DNA from: Callorhinchus milii
Lineage: Eukaryota
Assembly: GCF_018977255.1 (NCBI RefSeq)
Contig: NW_024704742.1
Span: forward strand, 32,180,001-32,244,000
Reading direction: 5' to 3'
DNA length: 64,000 nt
A program made the position numbers and the translations under genes. How positions within the stretch are numbered: position 1 is the first letter of the stretch; every line of letters starts with the position of its first letter. Below, piece by piece: positions 51,592-64,000 of this stretch. A model generated the notes under the pieces. That model was given only the letters and a program-made list of their open reading frames with translations, was not told the origin of the DNA and did no database searches.

Positions 51592-51866
51592 AATAATAAT
51601 AATCCTTGCATTTGATACAGCGCCTTATCACGTCTTTGAGACGTCTCAAAGCGCTTCACACAATATACTGTAAAGTGAATTGACAATATTTTGTGGGCGA
51701 AACACGGCATTGAATTGCACATAGCAACGTCCCACAAACAGTCATGGATTGAGTGGCCATATTATTATTCATTTTTAAAAACATTTTTAAAGGAAACTTG
51801 CCTAACGTTTCACCCTGCCTGGGAATCGAACCCAGGTCCTCTCGCTAGAGAGGCGAGTGCTCTAAC
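51592..51866 (-). mobile_element. Diverged tRNA-derived SINE
   Basis: Consensus match. Confidence 0.78.
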
Positions 51867-53258
51867 GCTGCAGGCCTCCATGTTTAGGTAAAGAGGCTTT
51901 TCTCCTGAAGCTTCTCTAAAAGCTTACCTGGATGCAAACTTGCAATCTTACTCTGCAGAACCGTTTATAATAGCCTACCTGAATTTTTAACCTTGACCTA
52001 AATATGCTCTGAATGGTAAATGGTGGTGGGGGAGGGATAATCTTTGAATATGTTTTAAACCTATAAAAACATTAAATGTCTCAAAGCGTTTCACAGGGAA
52101 TTGCTATCAGCTCTAACCACTCTCTGTGTAGGTGAATGTTGTGCAACCAATTTCTACATAACCACAAAATAGGAATGACCACAATGGGAATATAGAGTTG
52201 ATGCCAAACACGCTGGGAGAAACTCTCACCTTCTTTTGAATAGTGTTGTGAGATATTCCAATCAACCAAACAGGCAGACGGGACCTCATCTTAATGTTTA
52301 ATCTGAAGGACGTCATGTGGACTGTGTGCTCAAAGTCCCACTGCGGGGCTCGAAATTACAGCTTGGCTCAGGGTGAAAATGCTACCAGCTGAGCCCAGAC
52401 AGAAATGAGAGGCTGGAAACATCTTTCTCACCAGTCTATTCAAATGGATATTGCACAGAAATTGGGTTGGAACAGTTATGTTGAAATCAAATGACAGTAG
52501 AGTGAGCTTGCAGAAGCTGATCGTGTTCATGCTGAGGTTTCTGGTCTCAGCCAGGAATGCGTGTGTTAATATATATATATATGTACATTATATATAATTA
52601 TAGAAAAATATTAAATTATTTTCTTCCCTCGGGTTAGGTTCCATTTGTGAAAAACAAAATTCTTGAGTCAATGGGGCATGCTGGGCAGCAGACTTTCTCT
52701 CAGACCTGATTGGCATCGTCTGGTCTGCCCAAGAATCTCCCAGAATAAAATCAGTCGTTCACTTCACAGCTCTTTGTGGGCATTGATGGGCACAAGTTGG
52801 CTGCCATGTTCAGCCAGTTCACTACACACTATATTTCACATTAAAATCCCGAGAAGCAATTTGAGACATCTCGACAATGAGCTAAAGCTATAAATCAAAA
52901 AAATGTAAGGAGTATCATCTTGAACCAACTGCAGAGAGCAACTCACATTCTCCTTTCACTTTACGGAGTTCTTCCTCCTTATACTCCGTGCTGAGAGAAA
53001 GAAAAACCAAAAGGTTCTTACTTAGACTAATTGTATATTACTAGGGTCCAATGTACAAATCAGCTCAGTGTAGTTAGAGCGGGCCCCTGCTGACTGATAA
53101 TCATCACACAATTTACGGTGCGCTCAGCCAATGTTTACTGCTGGTGGTGAGCAGGATGTAGCCAAATCTTACTGAAACCTTTGCTCAACATATCCGTGTG
53201 TTGCAGGTCACAGAATGCACAAATACTGAGACGGCCAAAATTAATTTCTATCTGCTCC

Positions 53259-53584
53259 AGTCCTGTAGCTCAGTGGTTAGAGCACTCGCTTTGCAAGCGA
53301 GAGACCCGAGTTCAATTCCAGGCAGAGGGCGAAACCTTGGGCAAGTTTCCTTACTCCACACAGAGCCTAATAATAATCCCTCCAAAAAACTAAAAAACAA
53401 TAATAAATTGGTCATTTTCAATCTACGACTGTTTGTGGGACATTGCTGTGCGCAATTGGCTGCCGCGTTCGCCCACAAATATACAGTCAATTCACTTTAC
53501 AGTGTGTTCTGTGAAGCGTTTGGGACGTCCTCCCGACGTGAAAAGCGCTATATCAAATGCAAGGATTATTATTATTATTATTAT
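53259..53584 (+). mobile_element. Full-length tRNA-derived SINE, short subfamily
   Basis: Same structure as 42468-42785, with an intact anticodon stem CTCGC-TTTGCAA-GCGAG. Confidence 0.92.
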
Positions 53585-54529
53585 AGTTGACAGCACCTTA
53601 ACAATATCATCAGTGTGCTCAAAACACCTCGCAAAAAGAGAGGCTTCAAAATCCACAGGTTTATATACACAGCTCATTAATCCCACAGATCAGAACTTGA
53701 AGGATGGGACAATGCCATACACCAGAAGTCTGCAAACAGTGAGTGAGTGAGAGTGAGTAAGAAGGCAAGTGAGTCTCGACACAGGATTGGGAAAAACAGC
53801 AAGGTTGATTTCAATACCGAACCCATGCCATAAATTACAGCAGATCAAGCCCTAAACCCAGATTTTTAATGTGTACAGGAGAAAAGTATCCCCCTCCCAA
53901 ATCCCACAATAAAATTTACTATTAAAACTTAACAAATTTTGGAAAATACATTCAGCATAAAACAGCATTACAGTTTTGACCAGTCAGGTGATTCACTAGT
54001 GATCGTGTGTTGTGATAACCCGTTTCCTCATAATGCAGTCATGTGCTGTTAGTCATCCTGCAAATATCTTATGTTCTATATGTTGTTAAACGGTTGCTGG
54101 AGATACTGAGGAAGTGGATACTGTATTCTTAACAGATGCAATTTTGCAACGAACTTCCGATTTACCACTAGACAAATGAATTCAGGGCAGACTAGAAAAA
54201 CATAACTAATACTGATAGCACTCAAAACAATTTATGGTGCAGTATACCTCAACAACTGTAGTCTTGAGAGATGCTGTGTAATTGAATCCCTACACTGAAC
54301 ATATACATCCTTATACCGCACAACACAATAAACTAATTAATTGGAGATAAAGATCAAGGACCTTGATAATTTAGTAAGATGTCTGATGTTGTTAAACCCA
54401 TGTTGATAATGTGGAGCTGTACAGTCCCATTGATTTATAATGCTAGTGATCCTTGCACTCATCGCATCTTTGAAACATCTCAAAGAGAATTTACTTTCAA
54501 ATCCAGTGACTCTATTTGTAGGCAAAATA

Positions 54530-54847
54530 GAGTCCTGTAGCTCAGTGGTTAGAGCACTCGCTTTGCAAGCGAGAGACCTGAGTTCAATTCCAGGCAGGGC
54601 GAAACATTGGGCAAGTTTCCTTACTCCACACGCCTAATAATAATCCCTCCAAAACCAAAAACAATAATAAATTGGTCATTTTCAATCTACGACTGTTTGT
54701 GGGACATTGCTGTGCGCAATTGGCTGCCGCGTTCGCCCACAAATATACAGTCAATTCACTTTACAGTGTGTTCTGTGAAGCGCTTTGGACGTCCTCCCGA
54801 CGTGAAAAGCGCTATATCAAATGCAAGGATTATTATTATTATTATTA
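54530..54847 (+). mobile_element. Full-length tRNA-derived SINE, short subfamily
   Basis: Same head, body and (TTA)n tail as the other short-subfamily copies. Confidence 0.92.
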
Positions 54848-55377
54848 AAAGTGCCTTGCTCTGCCCTACCTCTGACTACTGCAATCCCACAAACTGGCTG
54901 CTCCCTCCATTCAGCCTTAAGAAGTCTTAAGAGTTATCTTTTTGACCACACATTCGGTCACATTCCACTCACCCACATGAGGGACATGATAGACACTGTA
55001 AAATGGAAATTGTAGAATTTACTAATTAATACATTTATTAATTTTAATGAATTAAAACACAGAGCAGCGAGCAGACCAGAGAGCAAACCTAGGACCTTTC
55101 AGGTCTGCTATATATACCTGACAAACCTGCATGGAAGCTGGAGCTGGTTTAAGTAAACATCAGAAAGATGATCACATTTTTTTAAAAAGCCACAACATGA
55201 GCAGAGTCTTATAGCAAACTGCTAGTCTATTCATTTAGAATTTTTTTTGATAAGAGCAGGACATTGGACAACTCGATTGCATAAATATAAATTGTATTGA
55301 TGCACAGTCCAGCTGTTGACAAGGGTCAGAAGAACACAATATTTGGAAGAAACAAAGATTTAGACTATAGCTCCAAT

Positions 55378-55711
55378 ATAATAATAATAATAACAATAAT
55401 AATAATAATCCTTGCATTTGATATAGCGCTTTTCACGTCGGGAGGACATCCCAAAGCGCTTCACAGAATATACTGTAAAGTGAGTTGACTGTATATTTGT
55501 GGGCGAACGCGGCAGCCAATTGCGCACAGCAATGTCCCACAAACAGTCATAGATTGAAAATGACCAATTTAATTATTGTTTTTGTTTTTTGGAGGGATTA
55601 TTATTAGGCGTGTGAGTAAGGAAACTTGCGCAAGGTTTCGCCCTGCCTGGAATTGAACTCAGGTCTCTCACTTGCAAAGCGAGTGCTCTAACCACTGAGC
55701 TACAGGACTCC
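55378..55711 (-). mobile_element. Full-length tRNA-derived SINE, short subfamily, inverted relative to 54530-54847
   Basis: Reverse complement of the same consensus. Confidence 0.92.
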
Positions 55712-57155
55712 ACAATATAGAGAAATACATGAGAAAGAGTCCGATAGAATGTTTTTTGGACCTCTGATGGTGGATTGGCCTCATAAAGCTGATAAGTAAA
55801 CCTACTAGATAAACAGACGAAACATAATAACAATTGGATTTTCTAGCTTGCAAAAAAATTAGATTCCAGTACACGACAGATTAAGCTGCAAGACAAAGCA
55901 ATGTAAATGCTAAACATTTTCAGGATGAATTTGTTTAAAAAAACAGTGAATACCCTCGGACCATTTCCGTCACTGCAACAGAAACAGTCAATGCCCAGAG
56001 TAGGGTTGGTGGGTATCGACCAATTTCTGCGTAAAACTAAGAAATCAGTCTTATTTGTACAAATTTCCAATTCTCTCAATGTCTTCATTCTCTGAGCAGC
56101 TTTAAGGGTGTTATTTCCACACTTGCACACCAAAAAAAAATTCTGTGAAAGAATGTTTGTCACTTCCCCAGTGATCACTTTTTCGCATCTTTCCCTGAAA
56201 CAGAAATTTGTTAACGTTGCCTCAGTTTTATTTAGAATAATTCTCACACTTGTTACAACACCTAGTATGCTGGAGCACCTCACGGCACTTCAGAGGATAT
56301 TTGATGTCGAGTGTTGTGGCTGCATTTGTAAGCAAACGTGACAGCATAGGCCAAGGTCCAGTAAACAGCTGTGAAGTGAATGATCAATTATTTTGTAGGA
56401 CTGTTGGCCAGGACACTAGGAAAACTCACTTCTCTCTTCAAGCAGTGTCTTGGGACTTTTAATATTCACCTAAACAGGCAGACAAAACCTTAACCTTCAG
56501 TCTCAACTGAAGGACAGTACCAACAACAATCCAATGTTCCCCAGTGCATCGCAGCAGCTGCCGAGATTGCAAACTCAAAGTCTCTGAAGAGGTAGTGCAA
56601 GTTTCTGACCCAGAGTTGCTCTTTGAGCCACATTAATGCTTAACTATTACTTTACTTTATATCCAAGTAAAAGAATTGAAAGCTGCTCAGACTGATGCTA
56701 ATATTGAGAACTGGCAACACAGCGCAAAAAAAATAAGATGATACTGAATCAAACAAGCATTACAAGGCTGTGAATACAACATTTGATAATGGATTCTCAG
56801 AAAATCATCCCCAGGGAACTGCGCTAACTGCAAACCTGCTTACTTCTGGGGATGTATTAGGATCTTTGCCTGATCCATGATAGCAGAATCCCCGCCTGCT
56901 GAGTTCACCGCTGTGGTCTGCTTCCTCATTCTAGCAAGAAGCTATTAGAAAAGATTACTGCTCCGAACGTTAGCACCATTGCAATCAAGCTGCTCAGAAC
57001 GGACCAAAGCAGTTTTACTTTATCTTGCAAAGTACAAATATATAACTTGTATTTATATAACGTCTTTCACTCAAGATAATGCCTTGGAACACTGAAATAT
57101 AAAACGGGACGTTTAACTACTGGGTTTCAGAGTTCAAGATAATAGGGGAACTATG

Positions 57156-57987
57156 ACAACAACAACAAAATTACATTTGTAAAGCGCCTTTCACGTCGGG
57201 AGGATGTCCCAAGGCGCTGGACTGACAGAGCTACGGACCTGAGCTGGGGTGGGGAAGGGTGGAGGGCGGGGTTGGGGGAAAGCAGGGAGATTGAAAGAAC
57301 GGTCGAAGAGGAGAGTCTTGAGATGGGTCTTGAAGTTGCAAGGGAGGGGAAGAGGTGGAGGGACTGTGGGATGGAGTTCCAGATGGTGGGGGGAGTGGTG
57401 TAAGGCCCGCCCACCAACAGTGGAGCGAGCAAGGCTGGGAACGTGAAGCAGGCTGGAGCCTGCTGAGCGGAAGGAGCGAACAGGATGGGAGGGAGTTAGG
57501 AGGTCGCAGAGGTAGGGGGAGCAAGACTGTGGAGGGCTTTGAAGGTAAGGACCAGGATCTTGAGCTGTATCCCCTGTGTGATGGGAAGCCAGTGAGGGGG
57601 TCACGGAGCCTGGTGCGTGAGAGGACACAGACTGCAGAGTTCTGGATGATCTGCAGCCTGTGGAGGGAGGAGTTGGGGAGGCTGACAAGCAAGGTGTTTG
57701 CATAGTTGAGCCTCGATGTAATGAAGGCATGCATGAGGGTTTCGGTGGTCTGCGGTGTGAGACGGTGGCGGAGCCGGGCAATATTGCGGAGGTGGGGGAA
57801 GGCAGAGCAGGTCATGGCGGAGATGTGGGGTAGAAAGAATAGTTGAGGATCAAACAAGACTCCAAGGTTCTGGACTGGCTTAGTAAGGTGGAGTGTGCAA
57901 CTATGGATGGTGATACTGTCAGCGCCTGAGGTGAGGAGGCGCTGACGGGAGCCAATAAGAAAAGCCTCAGTCTTGTTGACGTTCAAC
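57156..57987 (-). mobile_element. 5'-truncated L2-clade LINE
   Basis: NVNKTEAFLIG..NLGVLFDPQL..HLRNIARLR..HAFITSRLNYAN..LQIIQNSA, with a (TTG)n tail. Confidence 0.93.
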
Positions 57988-59306
57988 CTATTCTACTCTG
58001 AGGGGAACCCAGTAACTCGCCAGCAAAAAGTAATCAAGTTCCTCCTTATGTACAAAAAAGTGCCTTTCTATTGTATTTTGAGCTTGTGGAAGAGAATTCC
58101 ATAATATCAGTTTAATGTAGGTGGTTGAGGGAAATGGTATTTCAGTTTCTGAAAGCTCTGGAGACCATGGAACAATAAAACTGGTCATTCACTTCATGAC
58201 CGTTTGAGAGATATCGCTGTGTGCAAATTGGCTGCCATATTTGCAGTCACACCACTTTACAGTATGTGCTGTGAAGTATTTGGGGATGTGTTGACATGAA
58301 AGGCACTGTAGCAAATGGAAAAGTTATTATTATTAATTATTATTACTGCAGATTGGCCCTGCCATAGCAACAATTCCCCATCAAACAACCAATATGGGAA
58401 GACAATGTTTAACTGAATGATTGGGCAAAACAAAACTGTTAGTTACCATGGCATCAGCACCAATATATTGCTAAACTGCCGGTTCACCCAACCACAAACC
58501 ACTTCCAGGGCTCTCTGGCTTGATGTGCAGGATTTTACAATAAGATAATTTTAAGAAGATGGTGAATGCTAACAGGAAGGGGAAAGTCTGTTCTCTTTTA
58601 CTAGATAAACTGACTCAGCTAGACCATATTCATCATGGGAGAAGGGGAAAAAAAATCAGATTAATTACAGGACATCCATAACATTTATAGGAATGCAAAC
58701 CAGCTCAGTGATGCAATGGATGGATTCTGCTTATAAAGTTTTCTGCCCGATTTAGTACTGAAAGTTTCCTTTGTTAAAAAAGCTACCATGAAGAGTGCGC
58801 AGAATCTATCTCAGCTAAGCCTGTGTCAACTTTTTGATGCAAACAGATATTAAAGGCCCCTGTTTCAAAAGAGTTTTTCCATAGTGTCCTGGCTGATTGT
58901 CCTTCAGATGAACCTATCTTTCATGTCATAGCTTGTTGAGTTTCTTCTTTAAGCCTGATGGCCAGTTTGTAAATGATTTGAGGTAACTATGAAAGGGCAG
59001 GTCCACAGATACATGCTTCCGAAACAATGAATTCAACAACTCAGAGTCAAGTTTAGGCAATGTAAAGGTTTGATCAAAACCTGAAGTTACTCAACATCTG
59101 ACTCCAAGTTAGAAATAAAAATATGTTCTCATATCTCAAGTAATCCCTCTGAAAACACATTCCATAATCAGAACTGTCGAGGACTTTGGGACATCTTCCT
59201 GATGCGAGAAGTGCTATGTAAGTGTAAATTGTGTTATATTTAAAAATGTTTAAGCTCAGTGCAAACTAAACAAATATTTTTTAGCATAATTTACATCATG
59301 TCGAAT

Positions 59307-59923
59307 GACCAGCTAGTAACTATCCTCCTTGGGGGTCGGGATGGTAAGCGGGGTCTCCTTGGAGCTGAAATGGCTCCAAGGTGACGTGAATGACAACAGA
59401 ATATGGGAATCAAGGCAACCCTCTGTGGCGGTTTCTGTCATCCGGTTGCTGAGCCAGTCGGGATCGCTGTACTCTAAAGCACTGGAAATGACAGTGCATC
59501 ATCAAGACTTGGAAGGACAGAGCAGTCACTGGGGCAGGGAATCATCCCATTCAGCTCTTGTAACCCTGCAAACCAAAGCCCTTCAGGGTAGAGTTGTCCT
59601 AACTGGACAAGCAGCAGGAAAGCATGCCAGACACCTATATCAATGGTAAGATCTGCAGGTTTTGATGGTTTAACTCCCAGCAGTACCCAATGCACACTCT
59701 GGAATCCCCAAGCCTTGGCTCTTGCCAACCTGCACCTAATACTTTCCAGAATTAGGTAAGCAGGATGTGACCTCCAGGAAGAGAGTTCGCATTCGATTCC
59801 AACAATCTCTCTCTGGGATTTCCATGTGTAGGTGGGTTGAATGGAATTCTCAATCTAGTTTGGATCCTCTTGAGCATGGGATGAGTGTCAGACATGTGTC
59901 AGACACCCGGCTGACCGCCAAAA
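59307..59923 (-). repeat. Unclassified repeat with a decayed reading frame, copy A
   Basis: Aligns by eye with 47580-47829 plus 48268-48610, and with 42158-42468 plus 42786-42915. Confidence 0.85.
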
Positions 59924-62900
59924 CTCTCGATCATTTAACCTTGAATTTAACCCTTTTCATAGGAGACATTCCTGTGGTCCCATAGACACAGAGATTATGG
60001 ATGAAAACCATTAAAAATGCTTTTTATCCACAAAACCATATATTCTTCTGTTAAAAAAAAGCACTAATTGTGGGAAAACATTTGACATATTTGGTGATAA
60101 AAAAATTTAAAATTTGGATTATTTTGGAAAGTCAAACAAAAAACAAACAAAAAAAAGCAAATGTTGTGCTCACATTGTATGTCAGAGAAGAGTACAAAGT
60201 TTTTCACAAGACAATTCCAATTAGCTCCTTGCATCCTTTGAGCATAGGCAAAATTGGGAGCGATTCTGGCGCCAAGCAACTCCATGTTTGGCAAAAAACT
60301 TGTCCTGACGTGCACTGCATACAAACAGTGCCACACGCAGGGTATCTATGCGCTATCGTAGGATTCAGAGATCATCCATGACATGATCTATTTTCAGAGC
60401 CGAGTTCTTGCAAATCATAATCTATTTAAAGCAAGAAATCCCAGCTTGTTTCCTTAAGCCTCAAGGAATCCCATTAGATTCCACAACTTAAACCCCATCT
60501 GGACTCCGCTGGACCATTCTTGCAGCCCATTAGACAAGATGAAAGAACCAAGTGCTCTCTTTTTCACATTATAACAGGGTCGCCTGCACGGTTCAGTTCG
60601 TCAAATCATGAATTCATATGTTCTGTAAACCCTGCTGGAGAAACTACAAAATAGTGGTTTCCATAAATGGCACTTAGCTGCTCATCCATAATAAAATGTA
60701 CTTGTTACCAGAAGAGCAACCATTTAATTCTCCTGATTGCTTCCCATACCCATAATGTAACAAAAGTGTTTTAGAACATAACAAAATGCAAAGAAAATGA
60801 AACAATTTCTTGAAACAAAAAAAAATCTGTTTTAATTGTTCTTTTCAGTTTCCAATCTCAACTTTATTCCCAAGTTTTAAAGCTTATTTATCTCCCATTG
60901 GAATTGTGCCCTGTGAGAACTCATTTCAGCTAGACATGATTAACAAATCTAGCCTGCAGTCAACCCAGGATTCAGGAGCTCAAGAGAAGTATTGAATCCA
61001 AGTGTTTTCCATCCTCCTGAAACTGTTTCACATGTACGGAGTTTACTACTAGTTTTCATTCAAGATTCATATTTTCAAATTGCTCTCAAATTCCTAATTG
61101 GTACATTCAGGACTCAAAACATCTTTATTAATTATGCCAAGTCACTGTGTAAATAAAGAATGCTTTCAATTTGGATTGATCAACAGCTCTGCAAACAGAA
61201 CGTTGAAAATGCCACTTCATAAGCAATCTTCCCCAAGTAGTTAATAACAGAAATAAATAACCACTATTCTGGGTGAACAGTTAATCCTTTGTAAAGTTTC
61301 ATATGAATCAGCTGACATTTGCAGGCAAAGTACTTACTTATAAATCTTGATCAATAGTTTACAAAACTAAACTTGTATAGCGACTTTCACATAAGAAGGA
61401 CGTCCCAAGACGCTGGATGTAGTGATTATAAGATGGTGGGATCTAGTTAACTGGCAAATCACATTTTCTAGGACACCAGCATGATTTGCCTTTAATCCTT
61501 TAGTGCTTACCTAATCAGTACAGAGTTTAAAGAACTGCCTTGATTGCAGAAATGTAATAAAAACACAAAATAACTCCTTTAGAAACTAGTGACAACGTGG
61601 GCAATTGAGAAGGACAGAACACACCACAGAAACCTATGGAAATACATGGGTAAATTTCCAAAGCACACTGCAAAACGTCAGATGCTTAGAGACCACACTG
61701 CTGTGTTAATAACAATAATCTTTGCACTTGATATAGCTCCTTTCATGTCAGGAGAATGTCTCAAAGTGTTTTGCAGGATTTACTGTCAAGTGTAAGACTT
61801 TGTATTTTGTACTTGAAAAAAAACTTTTTGTTAATATTTGTTAATATCTGTATTCCTCTTACCTTAGACCTGCATTGCCAAACACAAATGTATTGGCAGG
61901 ATCATCCCTCAATACTATAATTACACTTCAACGGATAGTTTTCTAAACAGGATTTGAAGGCAAAGCAGGAGCAGTTTTTATGTTTAATTGAATGCTTTAT
62001 CTGGATTTTACTGATCTCTAATGTTTGTATTTTGCCATGTAAATTCATTCAAACTGGAGCCAACTTTTCAAATCCAGCTTAACGGGATTCAGTAATTTTT
62101 GTTGTCAATTTAATCACAGAATATATAATCATTTCTAAGCAGTGACAGTATTAAAAATCCTTGCATTTAATATTGAACCTTATCACATTGAAATGGCTCA
62201 AAGTGAGAAGCACAGACTAAGGTTTCTGTAAATTTCTGCGACTATTTGTAGACAAATGTGTCAGCCAATTTGCACACAGCAAAATACCCCCAATCTGCCA
62301 CAAAGTCAATCTGGAGGATAAGATTGATAAAACACCAGGAGAAACTACTTTCTGTTTCGAATAGTGTCATGCAATTATCAACATCCACCTGAACAGGCAA
62401 GCAGGGCCTCTGTTTAATGTCTCACCCAAAAGATGACACTGGTTGTCAGGAATCGATCGCTCTGTCAAAGTGCACCAAGACCTCGAAACAGAGGTGTAGC
62501 TGTCAATTATATGACGCAGCCTGGACTTTGTCATTCCATATCTATTTCGAGGTGTGCTTGGAAGAATATTAATTTGATAAACCTGAACAATTGAAGATTT
62601 TTTTTCCCACTATATATCAGCAGTGGATCTATGACCTTTAGTCAATATCCTGACAATGCAGCCTGCATTGCCCTTGACATGAGGCCAGGGCTGAAACAGC
62701 TGATTGTCCTGTGCTAATTCCTTGCAGAATGTCAATACTGTATTTACTGTAGTTATTTTGAAGCATAAAATCATCATCAGGTCACAAGCACGCTGCTGTT
62801 AATAAGACAAATGGACAATGTGGCTCGATATATAATTACATTTCCATGTATTACTCTGAGCTGGTTTTGTAATACGCAAACCACTGTTAATGAGGTAGGG

Positions 62901-64000
62901 CTACAGTAAGGTTTCTTGCTCTTGCAACCTCATTTACCACCTCCTGATTTTTAAAGTAAAACAAGAAAAAATTAGAAATGATCTTGCTCATACGATATAT
63001 TCCATTCTATCTGGCATGTTTTCCACATTGCTAAAGTTATGTCTAAAAAGCATCTAAAACCACATTGAATTACATGGTAACTGTAAACTTGAAGCATTCA
63101 CTTTGTCCAATTTCTTGGAGGAGAAAAGACTTGTAGCCTTCTCTGCCACTGCATCCAGAATCAGGCCCCACCTCTCTCCCCATGAATCATTGAGGTACAA
63201 CAGCAAATGCCTCAGAGTTTGATGACCCTCACATTTAAAATGATTATTTCTAGTCAGTCTGTGCAGTGCAGCCAGTATCACAGGGTGAACTGGAAATACA
63301 AGTCACTGCTTATTTGGTTAGATTGTGAACTGTGCACTGTGATAACTAACTTATGGACAGATTGGTATCAGACCACTGCAATCACCGGGGCAATTTTTTT
63401 AAAAAATATTCTTTAACCTACTGAACTTCAGTTTTCTTTTGAAGTTCTTTAATCCTGAAACTGAAAGAAATATTTTGTTGGTTGTTGCTTTACCTATCCA
63501 GAATAAGTCAAAAAGTTCTAATCTGCATGAGGTGAGCAAATATGGTTTGGATGAACCAAATGCATTGTGTGACCAAGTTGAAAAGTGCTTTTCTCTTGCG
63601 AGCTGGAGCTTGAGTAGCATGGAAGCCCCTCCTCACAGAAAGCGAAAGGGATCAAACTCGCACACATTAATGCAAAGTCAAGTAATCATATCTTAAGACA
63701 AGAAGTAAAGCAAGGTCAGTATGATGCTCCTTTTTCCTTCGCCCCCTTTCGAGCCCCCAGAGAACTTCCTTTCTGTTATCTAAACTAACACAATATTAGA
63801 ATGAATGATCCCCTGATTTTCTTTTCACTCCCTGTGTTACATAAATAAATGCACCGAACATTACCTTCCAAAACTTTGGAGGTTAAACTCCTAAAGAATA
63901 ACTTTGAAGTACAAAGGTGAAATGTGGAAATCAGAATTCCTAGCAAGTCACTGCACTGGGGCGGGTGACACCAGTAGTTGTGCTTAGTCACAAAGAAACA

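Noticed and set aside
53259..53335. tRNA-Ala-like gene (also at 7320, 42468, 54530 and 55640)
   Set aside because: Each continues directly into a SINE body and lacks a clean acceptor stem and T arm, so these are SINE heads.
55843..63991. Exons of an upstream neighbour gene such as SEPT7 (expected from human synteny), including ORF 55843-56283
   Set aside because: No recognisable septin or other protein sequence; the ORFs look like chance frames.

Overview
Vertebrate genomic DNA. The SINE/L2/CR1 repeat content suggests a cartilaginous fish, probably a chimaera (inference). One protein-coding gene is supported: EEPD1 on the minus strand. It has six GT-AG-consistent coding exons (38910-39807, 16354-16405, 4044-4154, 2364-2498, 1263-1398, 394-588), and its last exon lies left of the window. 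As assembled, the first coding exon has a frameshift shortly after the start. It is also very GC-rich, with a 15-Gly insert and a degenerate second HhH unit. The rest of the window is intronic or upstream DNA dense in tRNA-Ala-headed SINEs, L2 and CR1 fragments, and old Deu-type SINE relics. Three unexplained structures stand out: (1) an unclassified repeat family (3 long and 2 short copies) whose copies differ preferentially at synonymous sites of a shared ~200-codon frame; (2) a ~1.3 kb foldback inverted duplication in intron 2; (3) an inverted Penelope-like relic with decayed hammerhead cores. Family assignments come from recalled consensus sequences, not database searches.
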